A DNA stretch of 32,000 nt. Source: Geotalea daltonii FRC-32 (GTDB lineage: Bacteria; Desulfobacterota; Desulfuromonadia; Geobacterales; Geobacteraceae). A model generated the notes under the pieces. The model had not been told where the DNA came from, did no database searches, and saw nothing but the letters and a program-made list of their open reading frames with translations. Position numbers and translations under genes: made by a program. Below, one piece after another: positions 1-9,115 of the stretch. The stretch's first letter is position 1; every line of letters starts with the position of its first letter. The stretch covers positions 2,190,001 through 2,222,000 of the forward strand of contig NC_011979.1 of the NCBI RefSeq assembly GCF_000022265.1, read 5' to 3'.

Positions 1-335
1 TGGCTGCGGCCGAGGAACTGGCCAAGGAAAAGATCAGCTGCGAGGTGGTGGACCTGTGCACCCTGACACCGCTGGATAGCGACACCTTTGTCGGCTCTAT
101 TCAGAAAACTGGACGGGCGGTGGTGGTGGAGGAATGCTGGCGGACCTGCGGACTTGGCGCGGAAATAACCTCCCGCATTTACGACGGCTGCTTCGATATG
201 TTGCTGGCGCCGGTACAGCGTGTCGCGGGGCTGGATGTGCCCATGCCATATTCACGCAAGCTGGAAAAACTGTGCATCCCACAGGTGGGGGATATCGTCA
301 CGGCGGTGAAGGAAACCCTGAGCGGGAAATACTGA
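1..335 (+). CDS. 2-oxo acid (pyruvate/acetoin-type) dehydrogenase E1 component, beta subunit, C-terminal fragment (5' end lies outside the window)
   Basis: The frame stays open from the window edge (codons start at nt 3: AAAEELAKEKISCEVVDLCTLTPLD...). The sequence resembles the transketolase C-terminal domain of E1-beta subunits. An E2 acyltransferase gene follows directly. Confidence 0.85.
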   Translation, partial: AAAEELAKEKISCEVVDLCTLTPLDSDTFVGSIQKTGRAVVVEECWRTCGLGAEITSRIYDGCFDMLLAPVQRVAGLDVPMPYSRKLEKLCIPQVGDIVTAVKETLSGKY

Positions 336-370
336 GGAGATAGTCTGATAAGGTATCACCCCCTCCCTAA

Positions 371-393
371 CCCTCCCCCATGAAGGGGGAGGG
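371..393. repeat. C-run/G-run hairpin (REP-like intergenic element) between the E1-beta and E2 genes
   Basis: CCCTCCCCC-ATGAA-GGGGGAGGG forms a perfect 9-bp stem with a 5-nt loop. It is preceded by ATCACCCCCT, a decamer that recurs in the repeat region at 27981-28070. Confidence 0.6.
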
Positions 394-425
394 AATGTTA
401 GTAAATACAGGTTGCGAGGTTCCAT

Positions 426-1703
426 ATGGCCACTGACATAACAATGCCCAAGCTGTCCGACACCATGACCGAAGGACGCCTCATTTCCTGGAAAAAATCG
501 GTGGGGGACCAGGTAGAACGTGGCGACATCATTGCCGAAGTGGAAACGGACAAGGCGAACATGGAATTGGAGTCGTTCGGTGCCGGCATCCTGCTGGAGC
601 AGCGGGTAAAGCCGGGAGAAATGGTGCCGGTGGGAATGGTAATCGGAGTGGTCGGGGCACCGGGGGAGAAGGCGGAAGCGAAGCCTGAGGTGGTGCCGGA
701 GCAGCCTGCCGCCGAAGTGATCCCCCCGGCGGTCGACAAAACCTCCAAAAGCGCGGCACAAGGCTCCACCGGTGCCATGGCCGGTGATGTTCCCGAACGG
801 ATCATGGAATTGCCTGAGGCGCGGGAATTTACCAAGCCAGGTGCCGGAGATAAGGCTTCGCCAAGGGTTCGGCGCCTGGCAAGGGAAAAGGGGATCGACC
901 TGACGCAGGTTACCGGCAGTGGGCCCGAAGGGCGTATCCTGCAGGAAGACCTGGCGCGGTTTGGGGTTCATGAAGAGAAGAAGGAGAAAAGACCCGCTGG
1001 GGAAGCGGCAGAGCAGGCAGAAGCTCCATCGGCTGCCGGACAGCCACTAAGCCGCATGCGGACAGCCATTGCCCGCAAGGTGAGCGAGTCCTGGCGGCAG
1101 ATTCCCCATTTCACTGTAATGGTTGCCGTCGAGGTCGGTGAGGCGGAGAAGGTCTACCGGGAGCTGAAGCAGGCCGGCACGGCGGTAACTCTCAACGACA
1201 TCATCATTAAAGCCGTTGCCGCCACCATCGGCAAATTTCCCCTCGTCAACGCTTCCTTCAGCCAGACCGGTATTGAAACGCACGATGAAATCAATATCGG
1301 TGTAGCGGTAAGCCTGGATGAAGGACTAGTGATGCCGGTAATCAAAGGCTGCCAGACTCTTTCCGTCAGGGAAATTGCCGCACGGAGTCATGAAGTCATC
1401 GACCGGGCCCGCAATGGTACCATCGGCGAGAACGAGCTCAGCGGCGGTACCTTTTCCATTTCCAATATGGGCATGCTGGGGGTCGAACAGTTTTCCGCCA
1501 TCATTTATCCTCCCCAGGGCGCCATACTGGCTGTTGCCGCGGCATTAGACGAGGCCGTGGTGAGGGGAGGGCAGGTGGTTCCATCCAGAATCATGCGTAT
1601 GACCCTTTCCGCCGACCATCGCCTGATAGATGGCGCCTATGCGGCTCGCTTCATGGCAGAGCTGAAACGGGTGCTGGAGAACCCAGTTGTCCTACTCATC
1701 TGA
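426..1703 (+). CDS. dihydrolipoamide acyltransferase (E2 component of a 2-oxo acid dehydrogenase complex)
   Basis: 425 aa. The N-terminal lipoyl domain carries the ETDKA motif. An Ala/Pro/Glu-rich linker follows, then an E3-binding domain (ASPRVRRLAREKGIDLTQVTGSGPEGRI) and a catalytic domain with DHRLIDG. GAGG lies upstream of the ATG. Confidence 0.92.
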   Translation: MATDITMPKLSDTMTEGRLISWKKSVGDQVERGDIIAEVETDKANMELESFGAGILLEQRVKPGEMVPVGMVIGVVGAPGEKAEAKPEVVPEQPAAEVIPPAVDKTSKSAAQGSTGAMAGDVPERIMELPEAREFTKPGAGDKASPRVRRLAREKGIDLTQVTGSGPEGRILQEDLARFGVHEEKKEKRPAGEAAEQAEAPSAAGQPLSRMRTAIARKVSESWRQIPHFTVMVAVEVGEAEKVYRELKQAGTAVTLNDIIIKAVAATIGKFPLVNASFSQTGIETHDEINIGVAVSLDEGLVMPVIKGCQTLSVREIAARSHEVIDRARNGTIGENELSGGTFSISNMGMLGVEQFSAIIYPPQGAILAVAAALDEAVVRGGQVVPSRIMRMTLSADHRLIDGAYAARFMAELKRVLENPVVLLI

Positions 1704-2343
1704 CAGAAGATGTTCTCTGCATACCAGGGAGCTCGGCCTTATGGATTTCGCCGCCGCCCATTCCCTGCAGGAGCGTCTTGCCGGAGATGTCTACAGGGGC
1801 GAATCTCCTGAGACGCTGCTTCTGCTGGAGCATCCGCCAGTCTATACCATAGGCAGCGGCGGCGATGCCGGCAACGTTCTGGACAGCGCCATCGAGGTGA
1901 GGCGAATCAACCGGGGGGGAGACGTGACTTACCATGGTCCGGGTCAGCTGGTCGGTTATCCGATCATGGACCTCTCCCAGCGGGGCCGCGACCTGCAGCG
2001 CTATCTTCGTTTTCTGGAACAGGTGCTGATCGATACTATTGCCGATTTTAAGGTGGCGGCCTTTCCTGTTGCAGGCAAAACCGGTGTCTGGACCGGCAGG
2101 GGAAAGATTGCTTCCATAGGGGTCGGCGTGAGGCGTTGGGTCACCATGCATGGCTTTGCCATGAACGTGGTCAACGACTTGATACCCTTTTCCATGATCA
2201 ATCCTTGCGGCATGGCCAACTGTCCGGTTACTTCCCTCGGTGCAGAAACAGGCGCCCGGATTCCCATGGAAGAAGTACGTTCACATCTTTCTGCCCGGTT
2301 CCAGGAGTTGATGGATATATGGCTGCCGCTCAGTACCTGTTGA
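1687..2343 (+). CDS. lipB: octanoyltransferase (lipoyl(octanoyl) transferase) LipB
   Basis: 218 aa with RGGDVTYHGPGQLVGYP, GKIASIGV and PCG motifs typical of LipB. The start is uncertain: TTG at 1687 overlaps the E2 stop, and no in-frame ATG occurs before 1741. Confidence 0.88.
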   Translation: MSYSSDRRCSLHTRELGLMDFAAAHSLQERLAGDVYRGESPETLLLLEHPPVYTIGSGGDAGNVLDSAIEVRRINRGGDVTYHGPGQLVGYPIMDLSQRGRDLQRYLRFLEQVLIDTIADFKVAAFPVAGKTGVWTGRGKIASIGVGVRRWVTMHGFAMNVVNDLIPFSMINPCGMANCPVTSLGAETGARIPMEEVRSHLSARFQELMDIWLPLSTC

Positions 2344-2371
2344 CAAGCAGCACATTTTCCCAGGAGGTTGC

Positions 2372-4810
2372 ATGGTTATCGATGATCTGAAATTACCCGT
2401 GGAAAAGCTCAGATGGGAATGCGATCCCCAAAGCTTCGATTTTGAAACCACCAGCGATATTCCCGGTCTGGAGGGGACCGTCGGCCAGGTGCGGGCGCTG
2501 AAATCCATAGAATTCGGCCTGGGGATGCAGGAGGATGGTTTCAATATTTTTCTTGCCGGGGAACCGGGCACCGGACGCAGCACCACCATCAACAACCTGC
2601 TCAGCAAAAGGGCGAAGTCCGAGCCTCCTCCCAAAGATTGGTGCTATCTGCACAATTTCAAGTCCCAGGACAACCCCATTGCCATTCCTCTCCCCGCCGG
2701 CATGGGCTGCCAATTTGCTTGTGACATGGATGAATTTGTGGAGGGGGTCAAGGCAAACATCCCCAAGGCCCTGGAAAGCAAGGAGTATGAGACGAACAAG
2801 CTGGCGATAATGGAGGATTACCAGGAAAAGAACAGTGAGCTGTTCGGCAACCTGGAGAAGGAGGCCGGTGAAAAGAGCTTTGCCCTGCAGCGAACCGTGT
2901 CGGGCCTGGTGATGGTGCCGCAAAAGGAGGGACGGAGCTACACCCAGGAAGAATACGATGCCCTGTCGAAGGAAGAACGGGACAAACTGGACGAGGTCGG
3001 CAAGGAACTGTCGGAAAAACTCAATGACGTGCTCAGGCAGGTGCGGGAGAACGAAAAGTCCACCAAGGAAGAACTGGCCAAACTTGACCGGGAACTGGGG
3101 CTTTTTTCCGTCGGTCACCACCTGGATCCGCTGCGGGATAAGTACCGCGAATTCCAAAAAGTGCTCGACTACCTGGAGACGGTGCAGGAGGATATCCTTC
3201 TCAACCTGGAGGACTTCAAGCCCCAGCCGCCGGCGCCGCAGCTACCGGGTATCAGGCTGCCGCGGCAAGAGCCATCCTTCGAGCGTTACAAGGTCAACTT
3301 GTTTGTGGACAACAAAGAAATCCAGGGAGCACCGATCATCTTCGAGGCCAACCCCACCTACAACAACCTTTTCGGCCGCATCGAACACGTCATGCAGATG
3401 GGGGGAGCCGCCACCACCAACTTCACCCTTATCAAGCCGGGTGCGCTGCACCGGGCCAACGGCGGCTATCTCATTGTCGACGCCCGCGAAGTGCTTATCA
3501 ATCCCTTTGCCTGGGATGCATTGAAGCGTTGCATCAGAAACGGCGTCATCAGAATCGAGGATGTGCTGGAGCAGTACCGGTTCATGACGGTGGTTTCACT
3601 GAAGCCGGAGCCGATTCCTTTGCAGGCAAAGATCATCATGATCGGTTCACCCTGGATCTACTACCTGCTTTATTATCTTGAGCCGGATTACCGTAAATTC
3701 TTCAAGGTCAAGGCCGAGTTCGACAGTCGGGTGAATCGGACGCCGGAGATCATGAAGGATTATGCGCTGTTCGTCTCCATCCACTGTCGGGAGGAGAAGC
3801 TGCTTCCCTTCGACCGCACCGGGGTTGCCGCCCTCTTGGATTACTCGGCGCGCCTGGTGGAGGACCAGGAGAAGCTTTCCGCCCAGTTCATGGAGATCTC
3901 GGACATGATTCGCGAGGCTGATTATTGGGCCCAGAAGGAAAACAGCCCGGTGGTTACCCGCGAATATGTGAAGCGCGCCATAGCCGAAAAGAACTACCGC
4001 AGCAACCGTATAGAAGAGCGGATGCAGGAGATGATCACCGACGGCATCATTCTGGTGGACACGGCGGGGGGGGAAGTAGGGCAGATAAACGGCCTTTCAG
4101 TTATCACCCTGGGAGATTTCGCCTTTGGGAGGCCTTCGCGGGTGACGGCACGGGTCTATATGGGACGCGGCGGTATGGTGAACATCGAACGGGAGGTGAA
4201 ACTCTCCGGGCCGATCCACGACAAGGGCGTGCTGATTCTAACCGGCTACCTGGGGGGGAAATATGCCCATGACAAGCCCATTTCTTTTTCCGCTTCCCTC
4301 TGTTTCGAACAATCCTACGAAGGGGTGGAGGGGGATAGCGCGTCATCGACCGAACTCTATGCGCTGCTCTCGGCCCTTTCCGGTGTGCCGCTCAAGCAGG
4401 GCATCGCCGTTACCGGCAGCGTCAATCAGCTGGGCAAGGTGCAGCCCATCGGCGGCGTCAACTACAAGATCGAAGGGTTCTATGCCGTATGCAAGGCCAA
4501 GGGGCTTACGGGTGACCAGGGGGTGATCATTCCAAAAAGCAACGAGCGCCATCTGATGCTGAGCGACGAGGTGGTCGAGGCGGTAAAAGAGGGAAAATTC
4601 CACATCTGGAGTGTTGAATCCATAGATCAGGGCATTGAGTTGCTGACAGGTGTCCCTGCCGGAGAGCTGCTTGCCGATGGCACCTACGCTGCAGGAACGA
4701 TCAACGGTATGGTGGACAAGCGTTTGCGCGAGATGCAGGAAAAGATGAAAAAAATGACGGCAACGGGCGAAAAAGAGGAAAAGGCAGGTAATAACAGGAA
4801 TGACAAGTAA
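2372..4810 (+). CDS. Lon-like S16 serine protease with an AAA-like domain carrying a long coiled-coil insertion (LonC/LonB-type)
   Basis: 812 aa with an AGGAGG RBS. The P-loop-like motif is GEPGTGRS. A Lys/Glu-rich helical insertion spans roughly aa 120-290. The C-terminal Lon protease domain has GDSASS (catalytic Ser) and GGVNYKIEG (Lys). Confidence 0.85.
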   Translation: MVIDDLKLPVEKLRWECDPQSFDFETTSDIPGLEGTVGQVRALKSIEFGLGMQEDGFNIFLAGEPGTGRSTTINNLLSKRAKSEPPPKDWCYLHNFKSQDNPIAIPLPAGMGCQFACDMDEFVEGVKANIPKALESKEYETNKLAIMEDYQEKNSELFGNLEKEAGEKSFALQRTVSGLVMVPQKEGRSYTQEEYDALSKEERDKLDEVGKELSEKLNDVLRQVRENEKSTKEELAKLDRELGLFSVGHHLDPLRDKYREFQKVLDYLETVQEDILLNLEDFKPQPPAPQLPGIRLPRQEPSFERYKVNLFVDNKEIQGAPIIFEANPTYNNLFGRIEHVMQMGGAATTNFTLIKPGALHRANGGYLIVDAREVLINPFAWDALKRCIRNGVIRIEDVLEQYRFMTVVSLKPEPIPLQAKIIMIGSPWIYYLLYYLEPDYRKFFKVKAEFDSRVNRTPEIMKDYALFVSIHCREEKLLPFDRTGVAALLDYSARLVEDQEKLSAQFMEISDMIREADYWAQKENSPVVTREYVKRAIAEKNYRSNRIEERMQEMITDGIILVDTAGGEVGQINGLSVITLGDFAFGRPSRVTARVYMGRGGMVNIEREVKLSGPIHDKGVLILTGYLGGKYAHDKPISFSASLCFEQSYEGVEGDSASSTELYALLSALSGVPLKQGIAVTGSVNQLGKVQPIGGVNYKIEGFYAVCKAKGLTGDQGVIIPKSNERHLMLSDEVVEAVKEGKFHIWSVESIDQGIELLTGVPAGELLADGTYAAGTINGMVDKRLREMQEKMKKMTATGEKEEKAGNNRNDK

Positions 4811-4834
4811 CTTCCCGGTCGGCGTGCCAATGGT

Positions 4835-5929
4835 TCATCCACCGTGTGGGGACTGTTTCAGGCGCAGGACCAGACAGGTAAGTTCGAACCAGAGACGGAC
4901 AAGGATCATTGCCGCCAGCCGGCCCGGCAGATGGTCGGAAAGGCGGTCGAGAAAGCGGTCGTAAAATTTGAGGAATACATGTTTTCCCGCTCCGGTGGCA
5001 AGCCCTTTTCTAAAGTTGTGCCGTACATCCACTGCCAGTGCCAACTGCCAACCGTTATCGCGGACATAGGTGCCGGTATCCAACCAGAGTTTTTGCCGTT
5101 CCCGCCACGGCAGCGCCTGGATGCGGCGCCTGAAGAGCTGGAAGAAGGGGCGAAGCTGCAGTTCGGTGGTGCGGTCCTGGGTTGCATAGATGCGGGGAAT
5201 GTCCAGCAGAAAATCTTCCCTGCCGATTGCTGCCAGATTGAGAATGAGGGCATTTAAGGTTTGTCGGGTCGAAAGCCCCTCACTTTCGAAGCGGCGGGCG
5301 GATGTGTTGACGATTGCGGGAATGAGAATCCATTCCCCCTTTGCGGCTACGGCTTCGGCAAGCCTCGTATCTTCCAGAAACGGCAGTGATTCTTCAAAGA
5401 GCCCTATTTCGCGAAAGAACGAGCGGCGCATGAGAAAGCTCTGGTCGCCGTGGATACAGTGGCGACGGGCAAGCCTGGCCTTGGTTTCCAGGTAGTGGTA
5501 GCCGAAAGAGCGTTTCCCGTAATCATGCAGAAAGCGGAGGGCAAAATGTCCCGCCACCCGCTCGTCGTCCCGTGCGGCGATGGCGCCATTCAGGCACTGC
5601 ATCCCTTGTTTGAGAGCATCGCCTGATGCAAAGCTTGAATCGGCATGGAGAAAAAGAATGGTCTCGCCGCAGCTTGCGGCGACGCCGGCATTGAGCTGGC
5701 GGCCGCGTCCCTTCTCACTGTGGATTACCGAAACGGGAAAGGGCGCTTCTTCCACCAGGGACCAGGCCCTTGCCACCGTTGCATCGCCCGAGCCGCCGTC
5801 GCAGATGATCAGCTCGAATGCCACCCCATCCTGGGCCTTCAATGTGTGGAACAGGTCGTCGATGACTGCAGCCTCATTGTAGACCGGCACTATTATGGAA
5901 AGTTCGGGTTTTATCGCAGGAAATGCCAT
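4835..5929 (-). CDS. family 2 glycosyltransferase with a C-terminal extension of about 120 aa
   Basis: 364 aa with the motifs SIIVPVYNE, ICDGGSGD and LFLHADS, typical of the GT-A fold GT2 family. The start lies 6 nt after the cheV stop on the same strand. Confidence 0.8.
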   Translation of the reverse strand: MAFPAIKPELSIIVPVYNEAAVIDDLFHTLKAQDGVAFELIICDGGSGDATVARAWSLVEEAPFPVSVIHSEKGRGRQLNAGVAASCGETILFLHADSSFASGDALKQGMQCLNGAIAARDDERVAGHFALRFLHDYGKRSFGYHYLETKARLARRHCIHGDQSFLMRRSFFREIGLFEESLPFLEDTRLAEAVAAKGEWILIPAIVNTSARRFESEGLSTRQTLNALILNLAAIGREDFLLDIPRIYATQDRTTELQLRPFFQLFRRRIQALPWRERQKLWLDTGTYVRDNGWQLALAVDVRHNFRKGLATGAGKHVFLKFYDRFLDRLSDHLPGRLAAMILVRLWFELTCLVLRLKQSPHGG

Positions 5930-5935
5930 TCTGTC

Positions 5936-6880
5936 TCAGTGCTGAATAAGGCTGTCGGCCCTTGACACCAGGTCGGGGAGGTCAGGTTTGGTCAGGATGT
6001 CGTTGGCGCCGATGCTCTTCCATTTATTCTTATTATCTTCCGAGGCCAGGGAAGAAAAAATCACCACCGGCAATCCTTCGAATCCACTTTCTTTCCTGAT
6101 CAGAGAGGTCAGGTGCAACCCATCCATCTTCGGCATTTCGATGTCGGTAATAAGCAGATCAACCTCGCTTCTCAAGTCGGTATTGGCGCTTCTGCTACGG
6201 GCCAGCTTTTCGTTCAGCAGATGCCATGCTTCCTCGCCGTTTTCAGCCTCATCCACTTTGTAGCCTGCGTTGCGTAACGTTGTGCAGATGGTCTGGCGGA
6301 TAAATGCCGAGTCGTCAGCCACCAGAATCCTTTTGGCTGACCTGTCGAAAACGGGTGACATCTCCAGCTGTTTCTGCCCCAGTTCGGTCATGACATCTGC
6401 AGCGCACAGTTCACCGACAATCTTCTCAAAGTCCAGGAGGAGAATGATCCGGTTTTCCATCTTGACCACCCCGGTTATCCTTGAATCGCTGGCGTGCTTC
6501 ACCGGAGGTTCAACCGATTGCCAGGAAATGCGGTAGATGCGCGATACCGAATGTACCAGGACACCGACGATCAGCCTGTTGAATTCAAGGACGATGACCT
6601 TGTCCGTGGCAATACCATCGGTATTTTTGTTCAGGACGATGGCCAGGTCGATCAGGGTAATCACCTTGTCCCGCAGCTTGATCATTCCCTTGATGGAAGG
6701 GGACGGGTTGATGGTTGTCCTGATCTCCGGCACCCGGATGATCTCCCGAACCTTGGCTACATTGACGCCGAAGTAGCAGGGAACGACCTTGCCGTTGCCG
6801 TCAATTTCATCAACCCGGAATTCGACTATTTCCAGCTCATTGGTGTCGCTTTGCAGCAGAATATTGTTGTTAATGTCCAT
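5936..6880 (-). CDS. cheV: chemotaxis coupling protein CheV (CheW-like domain fused to a response-regulator receiver)
   Basis: 314 aa. The N-terminal part is a CheW-like domain. The C-terminal part is a REC domain (LVADDS..., ITDIEMPKMDG, conserved Lys in LTKP). Confidence 0.88.
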   Translation of the reverse strand: MDINNNILLQSDTNELEIVEFRVDEIDGNGKVVPCYFGVNVAKVREIIRVPEIRTTINPSPSIKGMIKLRDKVITLIDLAIVLNKNTDGIATDKVIVLEFNRLIVGVLVHSVSRIYRISWQSVEPPVKHASDSRITGVVKMENRIILLLDFEKIVGELCAADVMTELGQKQLEMSPVFDRSAKRILVADDSAFIRQTICTTLRNAGYKVDEAENGEEAWHLLNEKLARSRSANTDLRSEVDLLITDIEMPKMDGLHLTSLIRKESGFEGLPVVIFSSLASEDNKNKWKSIGANDILTKPDLPDLVSRADSLIQH

Positions 6881-6925
6881 GGGGCTCTCGCTTTGCAGGT
6901 TTTATTTGAACTGCCCATTTAAACT

Positions 6926-6952
6926 CTATCGGCAGTTAGCCGCGAAAGCTTA
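6926..6952 (-). promoter_or_regulatory. candidate sigma-28 (FliA) promoter for cheV
   Basis: The minus strand reads TAAGCTTT-N11-GCCGATAG, against the enterobacterial consensus TAAAGTTT-N11-GCCGATAA. That is 6/8 and 7/8 matches with exact 11-nt spacing. It lies about 45 nt upstream of the cheV ATG. Confidence 0.6.
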
Positions 6953-6960
6953 GGGGTAAA

Positions 6961-8982
6961 TCATTTTTTATCATCCATGGCACAAATATCCACCTTGTTG
7001 TCGTAAAAGGTGCTGCCTTCTCCCCTGTCGGTCAGCCGTTGGGAGGTGAGGGCATTGACCGACCGTGACCCCGGCGCGTAGGTCAGCCACCATACCCCTT
7101 CAGCAACTACTACCCCCCTGGGCACCTTTGAGGTAATGCGCAAGGTGAAGGTTACCTCGCCCAGGTCATTCCGGGCGCGTACGGCCTTTCCGTTCTCAAG
7201 GCCCTTTTCCTCGGCGTCCAGCGGGTTCATCTGCAGAAGCATTCCTCCCTGCTTGCGGCGCAGCTCTTCCTGTTCGTAAAAAGACGCGTTGAGGGCATAT
7301 GGCGTGGGCGCCGTCATCAGTCGAAAGGGAAATGGGTCGTTATCTCCGTGGGGGGGGAGGTAACAGGGAAGGGGATGCTCTTCCCGCGGGTTGAAAATCT
7401 CGATTCTGCCCGAGCTGGTGCGGTACGGGAAGCCTGTCTCCGGCAGCCGAAGCTGGACGGCCCTGCCGACCGCGAGCGCTTCAACGTCAATGTCTTGTCG
7501 AAGACTGGTGGGAATGGACAGCAGGTGATCGATGAGATCATCGGCGGTCTGGCGGAAGAACGGATCATCCAGTCCCATGGCCTGGGCAAGCAGGCCGAAT
7601 ACCTCCCGGTTTGACTTGCTCTGGCCGACGGCAGGAATGACAGCCCTGGCTCGCTGGATATGGTAAGTACCGTAGCTGCGGTAGAGGTCGCTGTGCTCCA
7701 GGGATGAGGTGGCGGGCAGGACGATATCGGCATGGCGGGCGGTGTCGGTCATGAACCGCTCGTGGATGACGGTAAAAAGGTCTTCCCGCAACAGCCCCTT
7801 GATGACCGCATTCTGATCAGGGGTCACGGCGGCCGGATTGGAATGATAAACATAGAGGGACATGACCGGCGGATCATTCAGCCCGTTGAGGGCATTTCCC
7901 AGTTGATTCATGTTGACGATGCGGGTGGGAGCGGCCATGAAATCCTCCCGCGTCACCTCCTTCATGGCGAAGGCCGGGCCGGTGGATGTGCCGGGGAAAC
8001 AGCCTCCTCCTTCCCTGCCGTAGGCGCCGGTGATTGCCGGCAGGCAGGCGATGGTCCGGATGGTCATGGCGCCGTTGCCATAGCGTGAGAGCCCGCTGCC
8101 GAGTCGAATGTATGCCGCTTCAGCTTTGCCGTATTCCCTTGCCAATCTCTCGATCTTTTCTCCAGCAATTCCGGTGATCGCCGCTACTTTCTCAATGGAG
8201 TAATCGGGCAGAACCTGATCCTTCAGCTCCTGGAAGCCCTGCACCCGTTGTGCGACGAATCCGTGATCCACCAGATCATCCCGCACCAGAATGTGCATCA
8301 TCCCCAAAGCCAGGGCGCCATCGCTGCCGGGGCGTACCAGGATCACTTCATCGGCGGCTGACGCGGTTGCCGTTTCATAGGTATTGATCAGCCAGATCCT
8401 TGCCCCGTTCCGCTTTGCATCCTGCACGCCGCGCAGGAAATGGATACTGGTCGCTGCCGCGTCGATTCCCCACAGGATAACCAGGTCGCTCTTGGCAACG
8501 GATTCCGGTGGCGGTGGTGGCGTTTCCCCCATCACCGCCTGCCACCCGGCATCCTTGGCCGGTGAGCAGATGGTCCGGGCCAGGCGGGAGGCGCCCAGTG
8601 CATGAAAGAACGGATGGCCGCTGTTCCGCTGGATCAGCCCCATGGTGCCGGCATAGGAATAGGGAAGAATGGCCTCGGCACCGTATCTGCCGATGATCTC
8701 CCGCCAGCGCAGGGCGATTTCACCGATGGCGTCATCCCAGGTGATCGGCGTGAAGTTGCCGCTTCCTTTGGCTCCGCTCCGTTTGAGCGGCGTGATCAGT
8801 CGCAGCGGTGAATGGACGGTCTGTTCATAGTGGAGCATTTTCGGGCAGAGCAGGCCACGGGTATAGGGATGATCAGGGTCGCCGCTGACCCTGACGGCCT
8901 TGCCCTCGGAGATTTCCACCAGTAGCCCGCAGGTATCCGGGCAGTCATAGGGGCAGGCAGAGCGTTTTATCTGAGTTGTCAC
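6961..8982 (-). CDS. molybdopterin (bis-MGD) oxidoreductase family protein, cytoplasmic
   Basis: The N-terminal 4Fe-4S motif is CPYDCPDTCGL...C, followed by molybdopterin oxidoreductase and C-terminal dinucleotide-binding regions. There is no twin-arginine signal. I placed the start at GTG 8982 (AAGGGAG RBS 6 nt upstream) rather than the longer 9045 ORF. Confidence 0.85.
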   Translation of the reverse strand: MTTQIKRSACPYDCPDTCGLLVEISEGKAVRVSGDPDHPYTRGLLCPKMLHYEQTVHSPLRLITPLKRSGAKGSGNFTPITWDDAIGEIALRWREIIGRYGAEAILPYSYAGTMGLIQRNSGHPFFHALGASRLARTICSPAKDAGWQAVMGETPPPPPESVAKSDLVILWGIDAAATSIHFLRGVQDAKRNGARIWLINTYETATASAADEVILVRPGSDGALALGMMHILVRDDLVDHGFVAQRVQGFQELKDQVLPDYSIEKVAAITGIAGEKIERLAREYGKAEAAYIRLGSGLSRYGNGAMTIRTIACLPAITGAYGREGGGCFPGTSTGPAFAMKEVTREDFMAAPTRIVNMNQLGNALNGLNDPPVMSLYVYHSNPAAVTPDQNAVIKGLLREDLFTVIHERFMTDTARHADIVLPATSSLEHSDLYRSYGTYHIQRARAVIPAVGQSKSNREVFGLLAQAMGLDDPFFRQTADDLIDHLLSIPTSLRQDIDVEALAVGRAVQLRLPETGFPYRTSSGRIEIFNPREEHPLPCYLPPHGDNDPFPFRLMTAPTPYALNASFYEQEELRRKQGGMLLQMNPLDAEEKGLENGKAVRARNDLGEVTFTLRITSKVPRGVVVAEGVWWLTYAPGSRSVNALTSQRLTDRGEGSTFYDNKVDICAMDDKK

Positions 8983-9115
8983 ACAAAGCTCCCTTTCGTT
9001 ACCGAATGAATAAAGACCTGCCGAGTTTAGCATGAAAGCAGGCACACAGCTTCACCCTCGTTGACTGAAATACCATAACTTGCGCCAAGGCGGTTTTTCC
9101 TGTTATAACTCACCC

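Noticed and set aside
252-971. 239-aa and 145-aa minus-strand ORFs overlapping the E1-beta/E2 genes. Similar antisense ORFs occur at 2393-3157, 12690-13262, 23955-24551, 26050-26628, 26535-27206, 27274-27918, 28085-28654 and 29425-30093
   Set aside because: Each lies opposite a gene with clear family motifs, lacks an RBS and any recognisable domain, and has shadow-frame composition.
2372-4810. The possibility that the Lon-like protease is a BrxL-type component of a BREX or other phage-defence system
   Set aside because: No methyltransferase, PglZ, BrxA/B/C or other defence genes are adjacent. Its neighbours are lipB and a glycosyltransferase. The protein looks like the stand-alone LonC/LonB-type family.
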